A DNA stretch of 64,000 bases, taken from positions 3,472,001 to 3,536,000 of the forward strand of contig OZ176055.1 in assembly GCA_964247055.1 (NCBI GenBank), in the 5' to 3' direction. Position numbers and translations under genes: made by a program. The notes beneath the pieces were generated by a model. The model searched no databases. It was not told where the DNA came from and worked only from the letters and a program-made list of their open reading frames with translations. Positions 49,701-62,658 of this stretch are shown one piece after another (position 1 is the first letter of the stretch; each line of letters starts with the position of its first letter). The DNA is from Paragordius varius (taxonomy: Eukaryota; Animalia; Nematomorpha).

Positions 49701-52700
49701 GCATTAGTGTATAAAAGCTTAGCCCTAACCATAAACGCAAAAATTATCCCCAATGTTATAATTGCTTTATATAGAGTGAAAATTCGAAATAAAATATTTA
49801 TTATTAATGATAATTTTTTGTAAAGAAATTGAATGTTAATCGTGTTTAATATCAAAAAATCAATATTTTTTAACGACAACTAACATGCTAAATCCACAAC
49901 ATTAACGACTGTGAAAAATTATTTTTTTTTTTATATAATAAACATGGGATGGTTGTTTAGTGATGTTTTAAGACGGTTACATAATACCATTAAAAAAATT
50001 AACGTTAGATGAGAAACAAGATTTTACAAAGAATTATTAATCTATTTTAATCATACTACTCGTATGAAAAGAAAAAAAAATGCGATATATAAAAGGGTTA
50101 TTACTCCAAGACAAAATACATTTTTATAAATTTTAATGTGTGACAAGAAATTCGACGAATTAATCTACTCACAGCGCTTAAAGGGGTTAAAAGTATAATT
50201 TAACCGAAAAATGTTATATTTTGTTAAGTCTAAAGAAAGAATACTTGAACTATCATAAAAGCACCCTTTTAAAATATATCACCTACAGTTCGAATTCATC
50301 CTTAAACAATTCAAATTTCACCCTTGAACAATTCGAATTCACCCTAAATATAATTATGTGTTTTTAAGAAATTACCTATATTTATTTATATTTTTAAACA
50401 TGAAATTTTGTAAAAAACTGAAAAAAATAGTAAACTATACCATAAAGATATATTACATATGAACGATGAATTATATTAGCCCGAAAACACATAAATTATT
50501 TTTAGGGTAAATTTGATTTGGGTAACGGTGAATTTAAGTTGTTCAAGGGTTATTAATTTGAATTGTAAATGGTATACCTTGTTTTTGGTTTTCATTCGCA
50601 GAATTCGCCATATTTAATGTGTTTTCGACGGTTTTTGCACCATTTTTCCCATTTTCATTGCCACGATTATAATGATTATTATTGGTTAAAACTGTTGCAT
50701 CGTTATTCTTTTGATGAATACTGAATAAAAATTTTGGTTTTGATTTTCCATCTAAATAAATAAATAAATCGCGGATATATAAAAATACACCTCTCAAAAA
50801 GTAAATTTTAAATAATTTCACAATTAGGAAAAAAATAAACTTTACAAGATTACGGTAAATGTTAAAATTTTAAAGACAAAGCGTAAAAATCGGGACAGCC
50901 ATATACTATTTTAAACGTTAATGTTTAATATAAAACCTATCATTTTTGGTTGCAAAATAAAAAATAGAGATGTAAGTAGTTGATAACACATTTTATTATA
51001 TACATCACTATTGTGATAATATAGATCATATTAAACATGGGATTTAAAAAAGTATGGCAGTCGTTTTAAAAATAATCATTTTATTTTGGTTTTCACGTTT
51101 TTATCAATTTTTAATATATTTAAAGGATCAATCTAATAGTTTTAATTTGTGCTAAAAACTATGATGCTCGTATCTTTTCGGGAAAGATGTACTATAAAAA
51201 TTACTTTCTTTGGTATTATTTACAACACAACTATTATGGTTGTTTCCGTTGGGAGTTGTCTCCAATAAAGCTAATCGTTTAATTTCATAAGCTTTGCGCG
51301 TTTCCTCAATGAGTTTATCCGTGATATTCCCATATTCACCGCAAGAAACGTCCATAACTAATATGCAAAATTTGTAAATTTTTTAATAAAAATATATGTA
51401 GAGAGTTGCTATTTTTAACCGATATAAACCGGTCTAAGCGTTTACAGCACTTATTTATGGTCATAATCAGTTACGCTCATAAATACGATGAATGTAAATA
51501 TAGGTTATAACTAATTAGAGAAAAAATAATCAATCGATAATTTCATTCTAATAAGAATTAACAAAAATTTGATAAAACTATAAATTTTCAAAAAAATTAC
51601 CAAATATATGAGTTTTACCAATATTAAATATTTTATATATAACACAGATATATTGATGTATATTAAGGTAATAACTGGTAAATCTTAATATTAATTGGTA
51701 CAATATTTAAATATCATCAAAACAATAGAGTTATTTATTTGATTGAAATATACAAAAATTGGTCAAAATTTTATATTACAAAAAAATTATGCATACTAAA
51801 ATCTGCAGGATTGTGAAAAGGAGGACATTCGACTTTGTGTTCGGCCAAAAATGGTAACATTTTCGTCTGAGGTCCTTGATACAAACAATCCCCATGAACC
51901 AAAACGTATAGCTAAATCAATAAATAAATATAAACCATATTAAATCTGCCATTTCAAAATTACACTCACACATATATATTTATATATAACCCTAAAAAAG
52001 TATACGTACGGCAAAAAGTCATATTTTTTGAATACAAAAATTTCTTACCATTAACTCTACAAAAACTTAGGGCAAACGCAATTACAGTTTTCTCAATTAC
52101 ATAAGATTTCCAAAAAGAGGTTATTTTTACATTAATGAAAGGAGTATCCATTCAATTTTTTATTGATGTTGTATAAAATTATACAAGTATTCTTAAAATA
52201 TCAAATCTAAAATATTGCCAATGATAATAATGTTGTCTAACCATTACATTTAATTCTTTTATTATTAACCAAGTTAGAAATTTGTAATTTTGAAAAAATG
52301 CGTAAACATAATTATTATTTAATAAAATAAGACTTTAAATTAGTAATTATGCAATAGATACAAAATCCAAAAACATTTCCCCCAAAAATATCATAATTTA
52401 AATATTTACATCATCAAATATCTCAAATAAGCGAGCTGATGGCTGATGAATGGTACAAATTATGTTACGTCCACATTGAGCCAACGTTTTGAGTATTTTA
52501 AGGCATTGGAAACTGGACACAGCATCCAGACCACTAAATATTTGAGATGACATAAAAAGTGTTAATATACAGTAAAAATTACATTTATAAACACAAAGCT
52601 TAAAATGTATTGAGAAAACCAAACTTCAAAACTTTGATTTTTTCTAGATACCTTATCGTTGGTAGCTTACATTAATTATGTATATTATGATATTTTGCAA

Positions 52701-55476
52701 TCAATTAAAGTATTAAAAAAATATCAGAGTTTGTTAAAAAAAGTATATGTGGACATCGTATAGATATAATAGATTGAAAATATTCAATTAACCTAGTGGC
52801 TTCATCGAAAAACATCACAGGTGGATTACTGACCAGCTCCATAGCTATAGATAGGCGTTTTCTTTGACCCCCAGAAAGTTTTTGAGCTCTCACATCACGG
52901 CAATACCAAAGGCCCATGAGCCAAATTATATCAGATACCTTGTTAAAATATGTGTGTTCAATAAAATGTGTTTATTAAAAGTATAAAAATAAAACTAAAA
53001 TAAAGACCTATAATGTTCTATAAAGATAACCATTTTTTAACCTTTTGTTTAGATTATTTTAGGTTGTGGGAACTAAGGAACAGAATGCTGATTGATACAT
53101 ACCAACTCAATCATATTTTTACAATTTCGATCATTTAGTTAGATGCAAAAAATCAGGCACTATCATTGTTTTCTTAAAAATATATAAGCTTTGTTTCTGT
53201 CTTTATATAATTAATACTTTCCTGTAACAGCATAGTTATTCGGACATCTAAATTCTATTCCCTAATAATGACTGATATAATTAATTAAGCAAAATTTTCA
53301 TTTCTATTATCTGAACGTGAATTATGAATCAAAATTTGTTCATATTTTAAATGAAGCAGTCGTGTATGTAAAATTTATCCTAGATTTCCCGTTATCCATT
53401 TAACTTCAACTATTTGAAAACTATTACAGATCTCAGCCTAAAAAAATTTTTACCAATAAAGCACATTTTATTAACATTATTTTTGACTGTTTATATGTAA
53501 TAAACATTTATAGCCGACTATTAATATTTTTATGGCAAACATTAAATATACCAAAATATGATAAAGCATTGGTTATTAAATAAATGAAAATGGCATCAAT
53601 ATAATCCTATTAATATTAGTTGGTTGGTAATCCAAAATCAATACTATTAAATAATTATCGTTATGAACATTGTTATAATTATTTATTATGGTTAAATATT
53701 CCCTAGGTAGCCAAAACAAAAAAATGTTATAATCATAGATAAAATTGTCTTAGACCTCGAGATATTTATGCAAGAATGCATATATATATATATATATATT
53801 TATATATAACAAGTATAAGATCCATCATATTCGGTGATAAAAAAAGTATCAAAAATGATTTCCTCTAGATCATTAAGTGTTCAAATTAGGATAAATAAAA
53901 GAGTAAATTTAGCTTAAAACAACTAAATAATCACACAATTTTGCCAAAAAAATAGTAAAAATATATACTTAAAATTAATATTTTAGTGTAGGTCCATTAT
54001 AGTGAATTTAATTTTATGGTTTTATTTGTGTATAGCGCGCATGTTTAAGTAGAAAAAATAAAAACGGGAAATAAACGGAATAACAACAATCCTAACTGGT
54101 TTTAAAAAAGTATTTATTATGCGTTACTATTAATACATCATTAATGGGATATAAACTGTTTTTAAGTGCATTACACAATTAATGATAAAATTTGCCAAAA
54201 AAATTGAACAAAGGAATCGAGAGTTGTTAATTTTTTCAAGTTCCTTTTTAAAAAAAAATTTACGGAATTAAATATTCTTTTAATAAATTAGAAAATATTT
54301 ATAACTAAGACAAAGATATTATTTTATTATGATTATTAGTGTAGTTAACGGAATTTAAATAAGTGAAAATAAAACAGACGATTACAAATAATTTAACACA
54401 TATTGTTTAAATATGAAAAATGAATAGAAAAAGGGCGTAGAATTACATCTAATTTTGGTATTTTATTGTACAAATATAATGATATAAATCTGAAGGCGTT
54501 CAAATTTCTTAGACTAATACTACAGCGATTATGAATGAGCCTATTTATAAATAATTGTTTGAAAAGATTAATAGCGTTAGGTTGAGTTTTATATACATAT
54601 ATCAAATTTTTGAACATGTATAAAATATGCATATAAAAAGTAATAAATTTTGAAAAATGTACATATATATATAAGATATTACTTAACAACATAATGATAA
54701 TGTTAAATAAATAAAAAAGAATGTCTAATGATTAATGAAGAGTAAAACGGGAGATGAGAAAGGATAGATAAAATTAAATTAAAAATATGCTTAGGTTGAA
54801 GTAGTATAGGTTAAAACAACAAAAATTAAATATGCCATAGAAACAAAAATATTGTTAAAATAACTTTGTCAAAAGCTTCATATTAAAATAATTAAAACGC
54901 AAATATTAAAAGCAAAATGAATTACCAATTGCTTTTTGATTTTCTTGGATAAAGATTCATTTATTTTAAGTTCCGTGGCAAAAATCATAGATTCCCACAC
55001 CGTAAGTTGGGGTAACAAATGATCATCTTGCATTATATAGCAAGACATTTTGCGAAACTCTCTCAAATCACGCGGTTTATTATTAATCAAAATTTGTCCG
55101 GACGTAGGTTTAGCTCTAAATATATGTTACATTAAGTATACTTGGAGCCAGCCAAAAGGCTCATTAATGTGGTTTTGCCGGATCCAGAGGGTCCAATTAT
55201 ACCAGTTAAACGGCCAGATATCATTTTGCCAGATAGGTTATTAAGTATAGTTTTCGTTCCAGTTCGATGGAATATATTGCCTTCTTTAATATGAAGGCTA
55301 AGATTTTGGAATTCAATATCAATCCGATTTTCATTTGGGATTTGTGAAAATTTTTGGCTTTCAAGATTATCTGTAAAATTTTGTTTTATATTATTTTTTG
55401 CATATTCTTCATCAGTATCGGGTCCTTTTGAAAGGCTATTAAACACATACCCATCAAAGGTGGTTTTGAGGGGCAT
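43707..55476 (-). CDS. ABCG1-like: ABCG1/ABCG4/white-type ABC half transporter
   Basis: Walker [19 protein letters not shown], signature [44 protein letters not shown], and TMD exons ([36 protein letters not shown]). Last exon 43938-43707 reads [16 protein letters not shown]...[10 protein letters not shown]. Confidence 0.95.
46918..47095 (+). mobile_element. SINE-like dispersed repeat, copy 2, with an (ATG)n-like tail
   Basis: Shared core with 18846-19040; ends ...CCCTTTACAATGATGATGATT. Confidence 0.6.
48738..48977. mobile_element. TACCATT-ended MITE
   Basis: TA|TACCATTTACAATT...AACTGTAAATGGTA|TA with AATTCACCCTTGAAC subterminal repeats. Confidence 0.75.
50277..50574. mobile_element. TACCATT-ended MITE abutting an ABCG splice donor
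   Basis: Internal homology to 48738-48977 and 56517-56754. Right end AATTGTAAATGGTA|TA; the left end is degenerate. Confidence 0.7.
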
Positions 55477-56185
55477 TATAATTTTTTATAAAGTAACAAT
55501 GGGACAAAGAAATTTTTTAAATCAGATGTAATTCATGAATATCGTTATATGCATCTAAACATACGGTTTTTCATGCGGCATGTTAAACGTTAAGGGCTGG
55601 GTTGATATTCAAAAATTAAGCTCTACGCTTAAATCAGGCTCTGGTGGCACTGTTACGGGCGAAATAAAAAAATGTATGTCGCTCTTACAACAAAATATAG
55701 ATGGTATAATATTGTAAATACATTATATAGTTGTTAAAAGCGGCGATTTGCTTGATAAATTAGAAGATATTGCCTATAAAACTAACCTCAAGTTTATGCA
55801 TGCTCAAATTGGGGACGCAGAAGAAGTTTTTCTCAGTTCGGATGTATTTTATATTGAAATTCAATTTAACACTGTTAATCTTGATATTTTGACCGTAAAA
55901 ATAGCTTTAAATAATCTCGAACCACAAGATTCCGCTCCCTTACTTCAGGCGTTAAAGTTTATTTTATATTTTAACATATAAGAAATAAAAATTATGACTT
56001 ATTTTGCAATCACATTGAACTTTACAATCAAATTTATCTGATATCCGATAATAAGTTAATTCACTTAATGATATTTTTGTAGAACTATAAAACCGAAAAT
56101 TTACACATCGTTGATTTTGATTGAAACATTTATTGAGCAATCATTTCGAAATTACACGTATCTATAATGGTTATTTAATTTTTAG
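55116..56185. other. Cluster of five 26-28 nt GT-AG micro-introns (1 in ABCG, 4 in MED1)
   Basis: ABCG (-): 55116-55141 (26 nt). MED1 (+): 55704-55730 (27), 55957-55982 (26), 56055-56082 (28), 56158-56185 (28). Removing them joins otherwise frameshifted or stop-interrupted conserved segments. Confidence 0.85.
55477..55579. promoter_or_regulatory. 103-bp putative bidirectional promoter interval between ABCG and MED1
   Basis: ABCG ATG at 55476 (-) and the first in-frame MED1 ATG at 55580 (+), with an in-frame TAA upstream of the latter. Confidence 0.55.
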
Positions 56186-59100
56186 TTTTAATTATAAATC
56201 GCTTCGTGAGATATGCAACAATTCAAAATACGGTTATGTTTTAGCTAGAGAAGGGGGACAAAACATGAAACTCTTATATTATATTACTCCGATTGAGGCA
56301 ATAAATTTAAAATCCTCCGACATTAATATTAATGATACCACCGGTATTTAATTATCTTTGGTGAATTTGATTTAATAGATATATTATTAGCAAATTACTG
56401 TTTAGTTAAAAAATTCAATGGATTTTGGCGGCATATTTGTTACACAATTATATTAGTTTCTCCATTATAGTCATATAAAGCTGTTCCTAATTATACAATA
56501 ATTTATTTTCAATATATACCATTTGAAACTTAAATTCACCCTTAAACAATTCAATACCCTAAAATTATGTGTTTTCAGGCTAATATAACTTATGATTAAA
56601 AATATTATTTATGGCTTTATTTTTTATTCATCATTATGTTAATTTTAAACGAAATTAATTAAAAATATAGGTTATCTTCAATATGCAAAAACACATAATT
56701 AATTTTTAGGGTAAATTTGAATTGTTCTAGGGTGTATTTGATTTCTAAATGATACATACAATAGACCCCTCATATTGAAATATATATGACCCATCAGCAT
56801 CTCTTTTTGAGAATGATTATATTAGATTTTTATTAATCTTATTTTCACTTATTCTGTTATGATCTATAAATTTATTATATATATTTTTTTAAAAAAAATG
56901 GGCAAATAATTTAATTATAATTGTTTTTGGTTCATTACAAAAGCTTTCAAATATCCAAAAACTTTAAACGATTATAATTTAAAATTCAGGATTTTATTTG
57001 AAAATCGGGAAAGTAAATGATCATTTATTTTAAAAAAAAGCCCATTTTGACAAGAGGGGTCCACTGTATTTTTTATTTATTTATTTTACAAGCAAATGAG
57101 TTTGAAAACAGCGTTCTTGTTACCATGGTGCGCGATGATACAAATGTCCATTGTTTACCCTTGACCATTGAATCCTTAAAGGCCCAAATGTAATCTCAAA
57201 AATATTTTTTTTCTAATTTTATTGTTTTGTTGTATAAAATTAATCGTCAGATTCTGTTAAAAATTAAAAATCAAATATTCCCGCTAATTTTATTTTTATA
57301 CATGTAGTTTATATCATATAAGATGAATTAAAATTTATCAATATCATTTTAGGTCCAAAGAATTATCTATAATTACTCAAATATTAAAATTTATCTTATA
57401 TTTTTGTATATTCTAGAAATTCCCAAACGCCTAAACATGATGATATAATTATGGATGAATCATTTTTTACGTGTAATGCCACCTATGCTTTAACCTTTCC
57501 AACAAACCCAATCATTATTGGTTCTGATATTGGCGAGGAAATCCAAAAAATTACTGGTAATCACTATTATATGGTTCAATAATTAGTTTATACAATTCTA
57601 TTTATTTCGCATAATTTTAAAATTATTTTAATAGTAGTTTTTTACAAGGGTTGAATACCGTATTTATTTCTGTTAAATTTTTATTATTTGGAAAAAACAA
57701 TGGTCAAAATGGTGCTTTCTAGAGATTTTTCGCTTAAAAAATTGGTTATGAATGAATTGTTTTGGACAAATGTCTTTATAATTTTCCTTTAATTTTTAGA
57801 GTTAGAAATGGCTCACTTCATAAAAAGTATTCCAAAAATTATTTACTTCTCCTCCTTTAACATGTAAAAAATATTTTTAATCAATCTAATGAATTGGAGA
57901 GCAATTTTACCATAAAAATTAGTAATCATTATTTAAAACCGTTAGGAACCACCGTCCCTGATGTGTTTTTTTAAATCAAAAACGGTTTTTCAATTTTTGC
58001 TCAGATATTAAATTCTTATAAGTATGAGGTAAATATACATTGCTTGTTTTTTAGCAAATAATGCCAGTGTAAATGGGAAAAATAACTGTAGGCCAATTAG
58101 ATTGCACTTTGATAGATATATGCTATCTGGCAAAACTGAATAAAAACTAGCAATATATCCCGAGTCATACTGTAATATATTTAGGTTTGAACTCCAAAAA
58201 CAATGTAGATGTTTCCAATGATTCACAATCAAAGCTGTATCTTTCTGCCCTATTTACCCAATTTTATGAACGGTATGGACGAAATTCATCCCTTTATAAG
58301 GGTTTCGATATTGATGATATTGATTGGGAAAATGGAAATGTTTGTTTCAAAGTTGTGAGTCATTTAACATTTATTTTTATTTAAGTGAGAAACCAAATTG
58401 TTTTTAGCTTAAAATGTTCCAATAGTTCTGGAACCGTTTTTAAAACGAATTGCAGTTTCAATTGGTGTCCAATATTATTTATTTTCATTATAATGTCATA
58501 ACTTATAATTGTTTTCAATAAATTTTTGAATTATATTAGTATATTTATTTTTCGAATTTTATTTAAAAAAAAGTAGCTTACAATACATTTTTAGAGTTTA
58601 CATTGTGTCCGTAAGTTAAAAATGGAGCCTAATACTTGGAATCAATTAATTAAATTCTTGAGCAACACGGCTCCAAAGATATTTTGATTTACCATAAAAG
58701 TTATTTCTACAACACGTAGAGTTAAAACTAAAAATTTCGTTTCTTTTCCTTGATTTTCTATTTTTGACGAGGTTTTTGATTTTTTAGCTCTTTGTTCACT
58801 ATATGAATAATTATATACCATTCACACTTTAAACTTACCCATGTACATTTCACATATACCCTAATAAATTATGTTTTTCGTAATCCAAAATTGGCCATAT
58901 TTTTTGATATTTTTACAATAAAATTTCAATAATTAATTATTTCAAAATCACATAATATATTCTTAGGATGAATTTTAAATGTTCAAGGGGGGATTTGAAA
59001 TGTTTAGGGGTGATTTTAGGTTTATATGGTATATATCTTATTTCTAGCCAATCAAAGCAAACATATCATCCATATTAGCATTTAATAAACCTTCGGAGTA

Positions 59101-62100
59101 TACTTCTTTGCCGACATCCGAAACTACTATGGAAACAAATAATAATAGCAACAATGATTTAACACAAGACATGACAGGAAATTCGACGACAGAATTTTTA
59201 TATTTTCCATTCCATAATCATTGTAAAAAAGAAGTATCTAAGGCTGAAAATGTTTCTAGTCCCTTATTCTCTCAAACCATAAAATGCATACCATTTACGA
59301 ATGTTTGTCAATTGATCCCCCTAATAAATTTATTGAGACGTTCAACTATTTACAATGCTCTGATAAGGAGTTGTTTTAGAATTTTATGTTATACTAATGA
59401 AAATAAAGTTGATAATTCAAATGCTGCTCAAAATGATGATAAGGGTTTGTTGCATATTAAAGTTTAAACAAAATAATCGCTAATATCATTTTTAATAATG
59501 TTTAATTACTCTTTGTTTGAGTTCATAAAAAAGTTTTAAATCAAATTTTAATTTATATACCCACAGATAGTTTGAAAAGTCTGACATTTGACGTAACGCT
59601 AGGTGATAAATGTAATACCCTCCTTATAACTACACCCAATATATATTTGTCAGAAAATCTATCGGACAAATGGGAAAGTAACATTTTACTAATTAGTTAA
59701 ATTAATAAAATTACCTATATATGTTGCCGAATTTATTAAAAAACGATATATTATAAACGCTTTCAATTTTTACCTTTTTGTTAAACTTTTAAATACTTAA
59801 TATTGGACAAAATACTTGAATTACATACAATTTCTTATTCGTTTATTTCTATTAATTTGAATAAATCTATCAATTAATTAATTTTAATACCTTCTCTTCG
59901 TTTTATAATCATCCCTTTTAGTTTCAATAATTATTGTGGAACCAATCACTATTAAAATTACCCTTGATACAAATAATTTTGATTCGAATACCATTAAACA
60001 AGTGTTGGAGTCCCTTTGTCTCAAAATGGAAGACATTTTGAAAAAGTAGGACTTATTTTATTTAATAAATTTTTATTTATAAATAATTAAACCTTTTTTG
60101 GATTTATACATATAGATCTTTGTCAATACCCTGTCTCATGAAATATTTCGTTGAACATATTGGCAATTATGGTCAAGCTTTAATTAACGAGAAAACAAAA
60201 GTAGCGTCTAATGTAAAATTACAAAACTCATCTTATTTTTTTGCCGACGAAGATAATGAAAATTTTGAGGACATTGGTCAAAATTCATTAGACACTGTGT
60301 ATTATAAAACAGATCTAACTAAAATTTCATCAAAGGTTTGTACCAAAACAGGTGACACGCTCACAAAATCAAATTATGAATTAGAGCAAAATCTTTTGGA
60401 TAGAAATGATAGTAATAATGGTTTAAAATGCATAAAATCTGACCCCAAAACAACAACTCTACATAGTGTAAATTTACAAGAAACCAATAAAATTTTACCA
60501 TTAGAGCCGTCGAATAATAAAAATAGCATTGACATCAACAATCTGCCCATTTTAGATGGTTCTTCAATGGATTCTGAATCTACAAATTTATCATCTGTTT
60601 CCCAAAATGCAAAACCTAATATTGATATGGCTAATGCTTTATCGACAGAACATACCTCCGTTTCAATCGCACCAAATTCCAAAAGTAATATTGTGAACAG
60701 TTCATCTATAAGCTCCACTAATCAAAACTCTACCGCTCCCAATATAGTATCTAGCAGCAAACGTAAAAAACATTCTCAAACATCTTTAATAGCTCAAGAT
60801 CATTCTCACAATACAACAAAAGACAAAACGAATGGAAATGGAACGCAAGTTAAAAATAAAGTTGTCACAAACGTCAACCTTGAATCCAATAATCAAAATA
60901 TTTTACCAGCCCCAATTTTCTCGACAAATTTTAAGATACCCAAAAAATCCTCATCACCTCGTGAAACGCTTTTTCCTTCATTTGGAGCACCTATCCTGGC
61001 AAATGCCACATCATCTCCCGTTACAGCAAACGCCGGAGGTGGGTTTATGTATAACTTTGCATTGCGACAATTATTATGTAATATTGATATATTTGATAGC
61101 TAGAAATATGGAATACATTTATATATATATATATATATCTATATATAAAATGAATAATACAGGATTTAAACGATTTTTTAAGTATTGGAACCTAAACTGT
61201 TTTGGTTAAGTAAATTTTTGTCATTGCCCACAAATTTTTTCACAAAAAACGGTTTCGGGTCCAAATTATTTTTTTCAAAAAATCGGGCTGTTGGATTTTA
61301 AAAACCGGGGTTTTATTTAAAAACAGTTGCAAAAAATACTACTGATTTTGAATCCACATAAAGGGTGGTTTTAATTACTCTTGTGTTATTCTGTCTTACT
61401 TTTTTCAATAAATTATGTAAGTTTATCATTTTTAATATCTTAGCCTCATCATCCTCATCCTTGTTATCATCGCTCTCTAAAAATCATCGTAAAAGCTCTC
61501 TTTCAGCCGTCATCGATAAATTAAAGAGTAATACCGCTTCCCCCAACAATAATACAGGATTATCATTGAGTAACAATAGTAATTCGATTGCACCTAAATC
61601 AAACATTTTTTCTCAACCTTTTGGGACGAGTATAGGTAATAATACTAGCACACATTCATCTCCCCTCCAACGAAGTTTATCTTATCAATCTACCCGTAAT
61701 AATGATAAGGGATTTGAAAATAGTACTGGTACTATGAGTAAAGGTAAGATATTTCCTAAAATTATACATGTAATTAAGTATTGTAGATAAAAAACTTCTG
61801 ACTTTACGAACAAAAAAGACTAAAGATTTTATTAAAAATTCATACCTTCTAAATTATGATATATGGTTTGCAGCAATTGTTAACCAGGATCGATAAATTA
61901 TATAATTATTGATAGATTTTGTTTTTCCGTTATCCTTATTATGAAAAAACAATAGTTAACCTTATTAAAATATAAAACAATATTTATCATTTTTTTGGAA
62001 TGTCAGACCATGAAAAATTATATATTTAGGTTTATCAAATAATGGCGGTGGAAATATCAGTTCTAAAAAGCATATATCCACTTCTACAATTATCAATTCT

Positions 62101-62658
62101 AACGTTATATCCTTGGTGGATAATGAACCCCTTAATGTATCATCATCTAGTAAAAGTTTGCTTGGGACAACAAATAAAACAACTAATCCTCCCCCTTCTG
62201 CTCCCATTCCTTGTTTAGATAAACTTTCTAAACTTTTAGCTGCTAAAACTGCTACTGCTGTACGAGTCAACACTAATGTGGCAAGCAATTCTTCTAAAGG
62301 AACAATTGTTAAAGTAGGTGGAACTGATGGCGGCAGTCCCTCATCATCATCAATCCTACTACCACCCATCAAAATGACCATAAGTAAGCGAGCAAGTTCA
62401 GATGGGTCGTTAAAAGTTGTTTCTTCCGTCATTCAACCCGCAAGTTGTCCTGAGAGTGGGACGACCTCAACTTCAAATTTTGTCACAAATGAGTCTCAAC
62501 TAACCGATGAAACAACCAACAATACAAACAACACCAGAATGAAAATTACTAATCAAATGGGTGATAAGGATGAACGGAAAAATTATGAATTGGCTTTGAT
62601 TTCTTCGTCTACGGCTCATAGGGCCCACAGTGATGAGGATATTCGCTTTGATAACTAG
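55580..62658 (+). CDS. MED1: Mediator of RNA polymerase II transcription subunit 1
   Basis: LLDKLEDIAYKTNLKFMH...FLSSDVFYIEIQF, KNYDLFCNHIELYNQIY, YGYVLAREGGQNMKLLYYITP, LIPLINLLRRSTIYNALIRSC and SLSIPCLMK match the Med1 domain, followed by an S/N/T-rich disordered C-terminus. Some middle exons are only approximately placed. Confidence 0.88.
56517..56754. mobile_element. TACCATT-ended MITE in a MED1 intron
   Basis: TA|TACCATTTGAAACTTAAATTCACCCTTAAAC...TAGGGTGTATTTGATTTCTAAATGATA. Confidence 0.7.
56759..57066. mobile_element. Tc1/mariner (pogo/Tigger-like) MITE
   Basis: TA|CAATAGACCCCTC...GAGGGGTCCACTG|TA; TIRs match at 11 of 13 positions with a TA TSD. Confidence 0.7.
58816..59031. mobile_element. 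TACCATT-ended MITE in a MED1 intron
   Basis: TA|TACCATTCACAC...TTTATATGGTA|TA; internal similarity to the other copies. Confidence 0.65.

Noticed and set aside
52798-52815. DEAT instead of the usual DEPT after Walker B in ABCG
   Set aside because: The catalytic DE and the SGLD D-loop are intact; a single substitution is not evidence of altered function.
55674-55703. Apparent extra 27-nt intron plus a 3-nt ATG micro-exon in MED1
   Set aside because: The segment reads through in frame (KKCMSLLQQNID) and aligns better with MED1 when retained, so no intron is needed.
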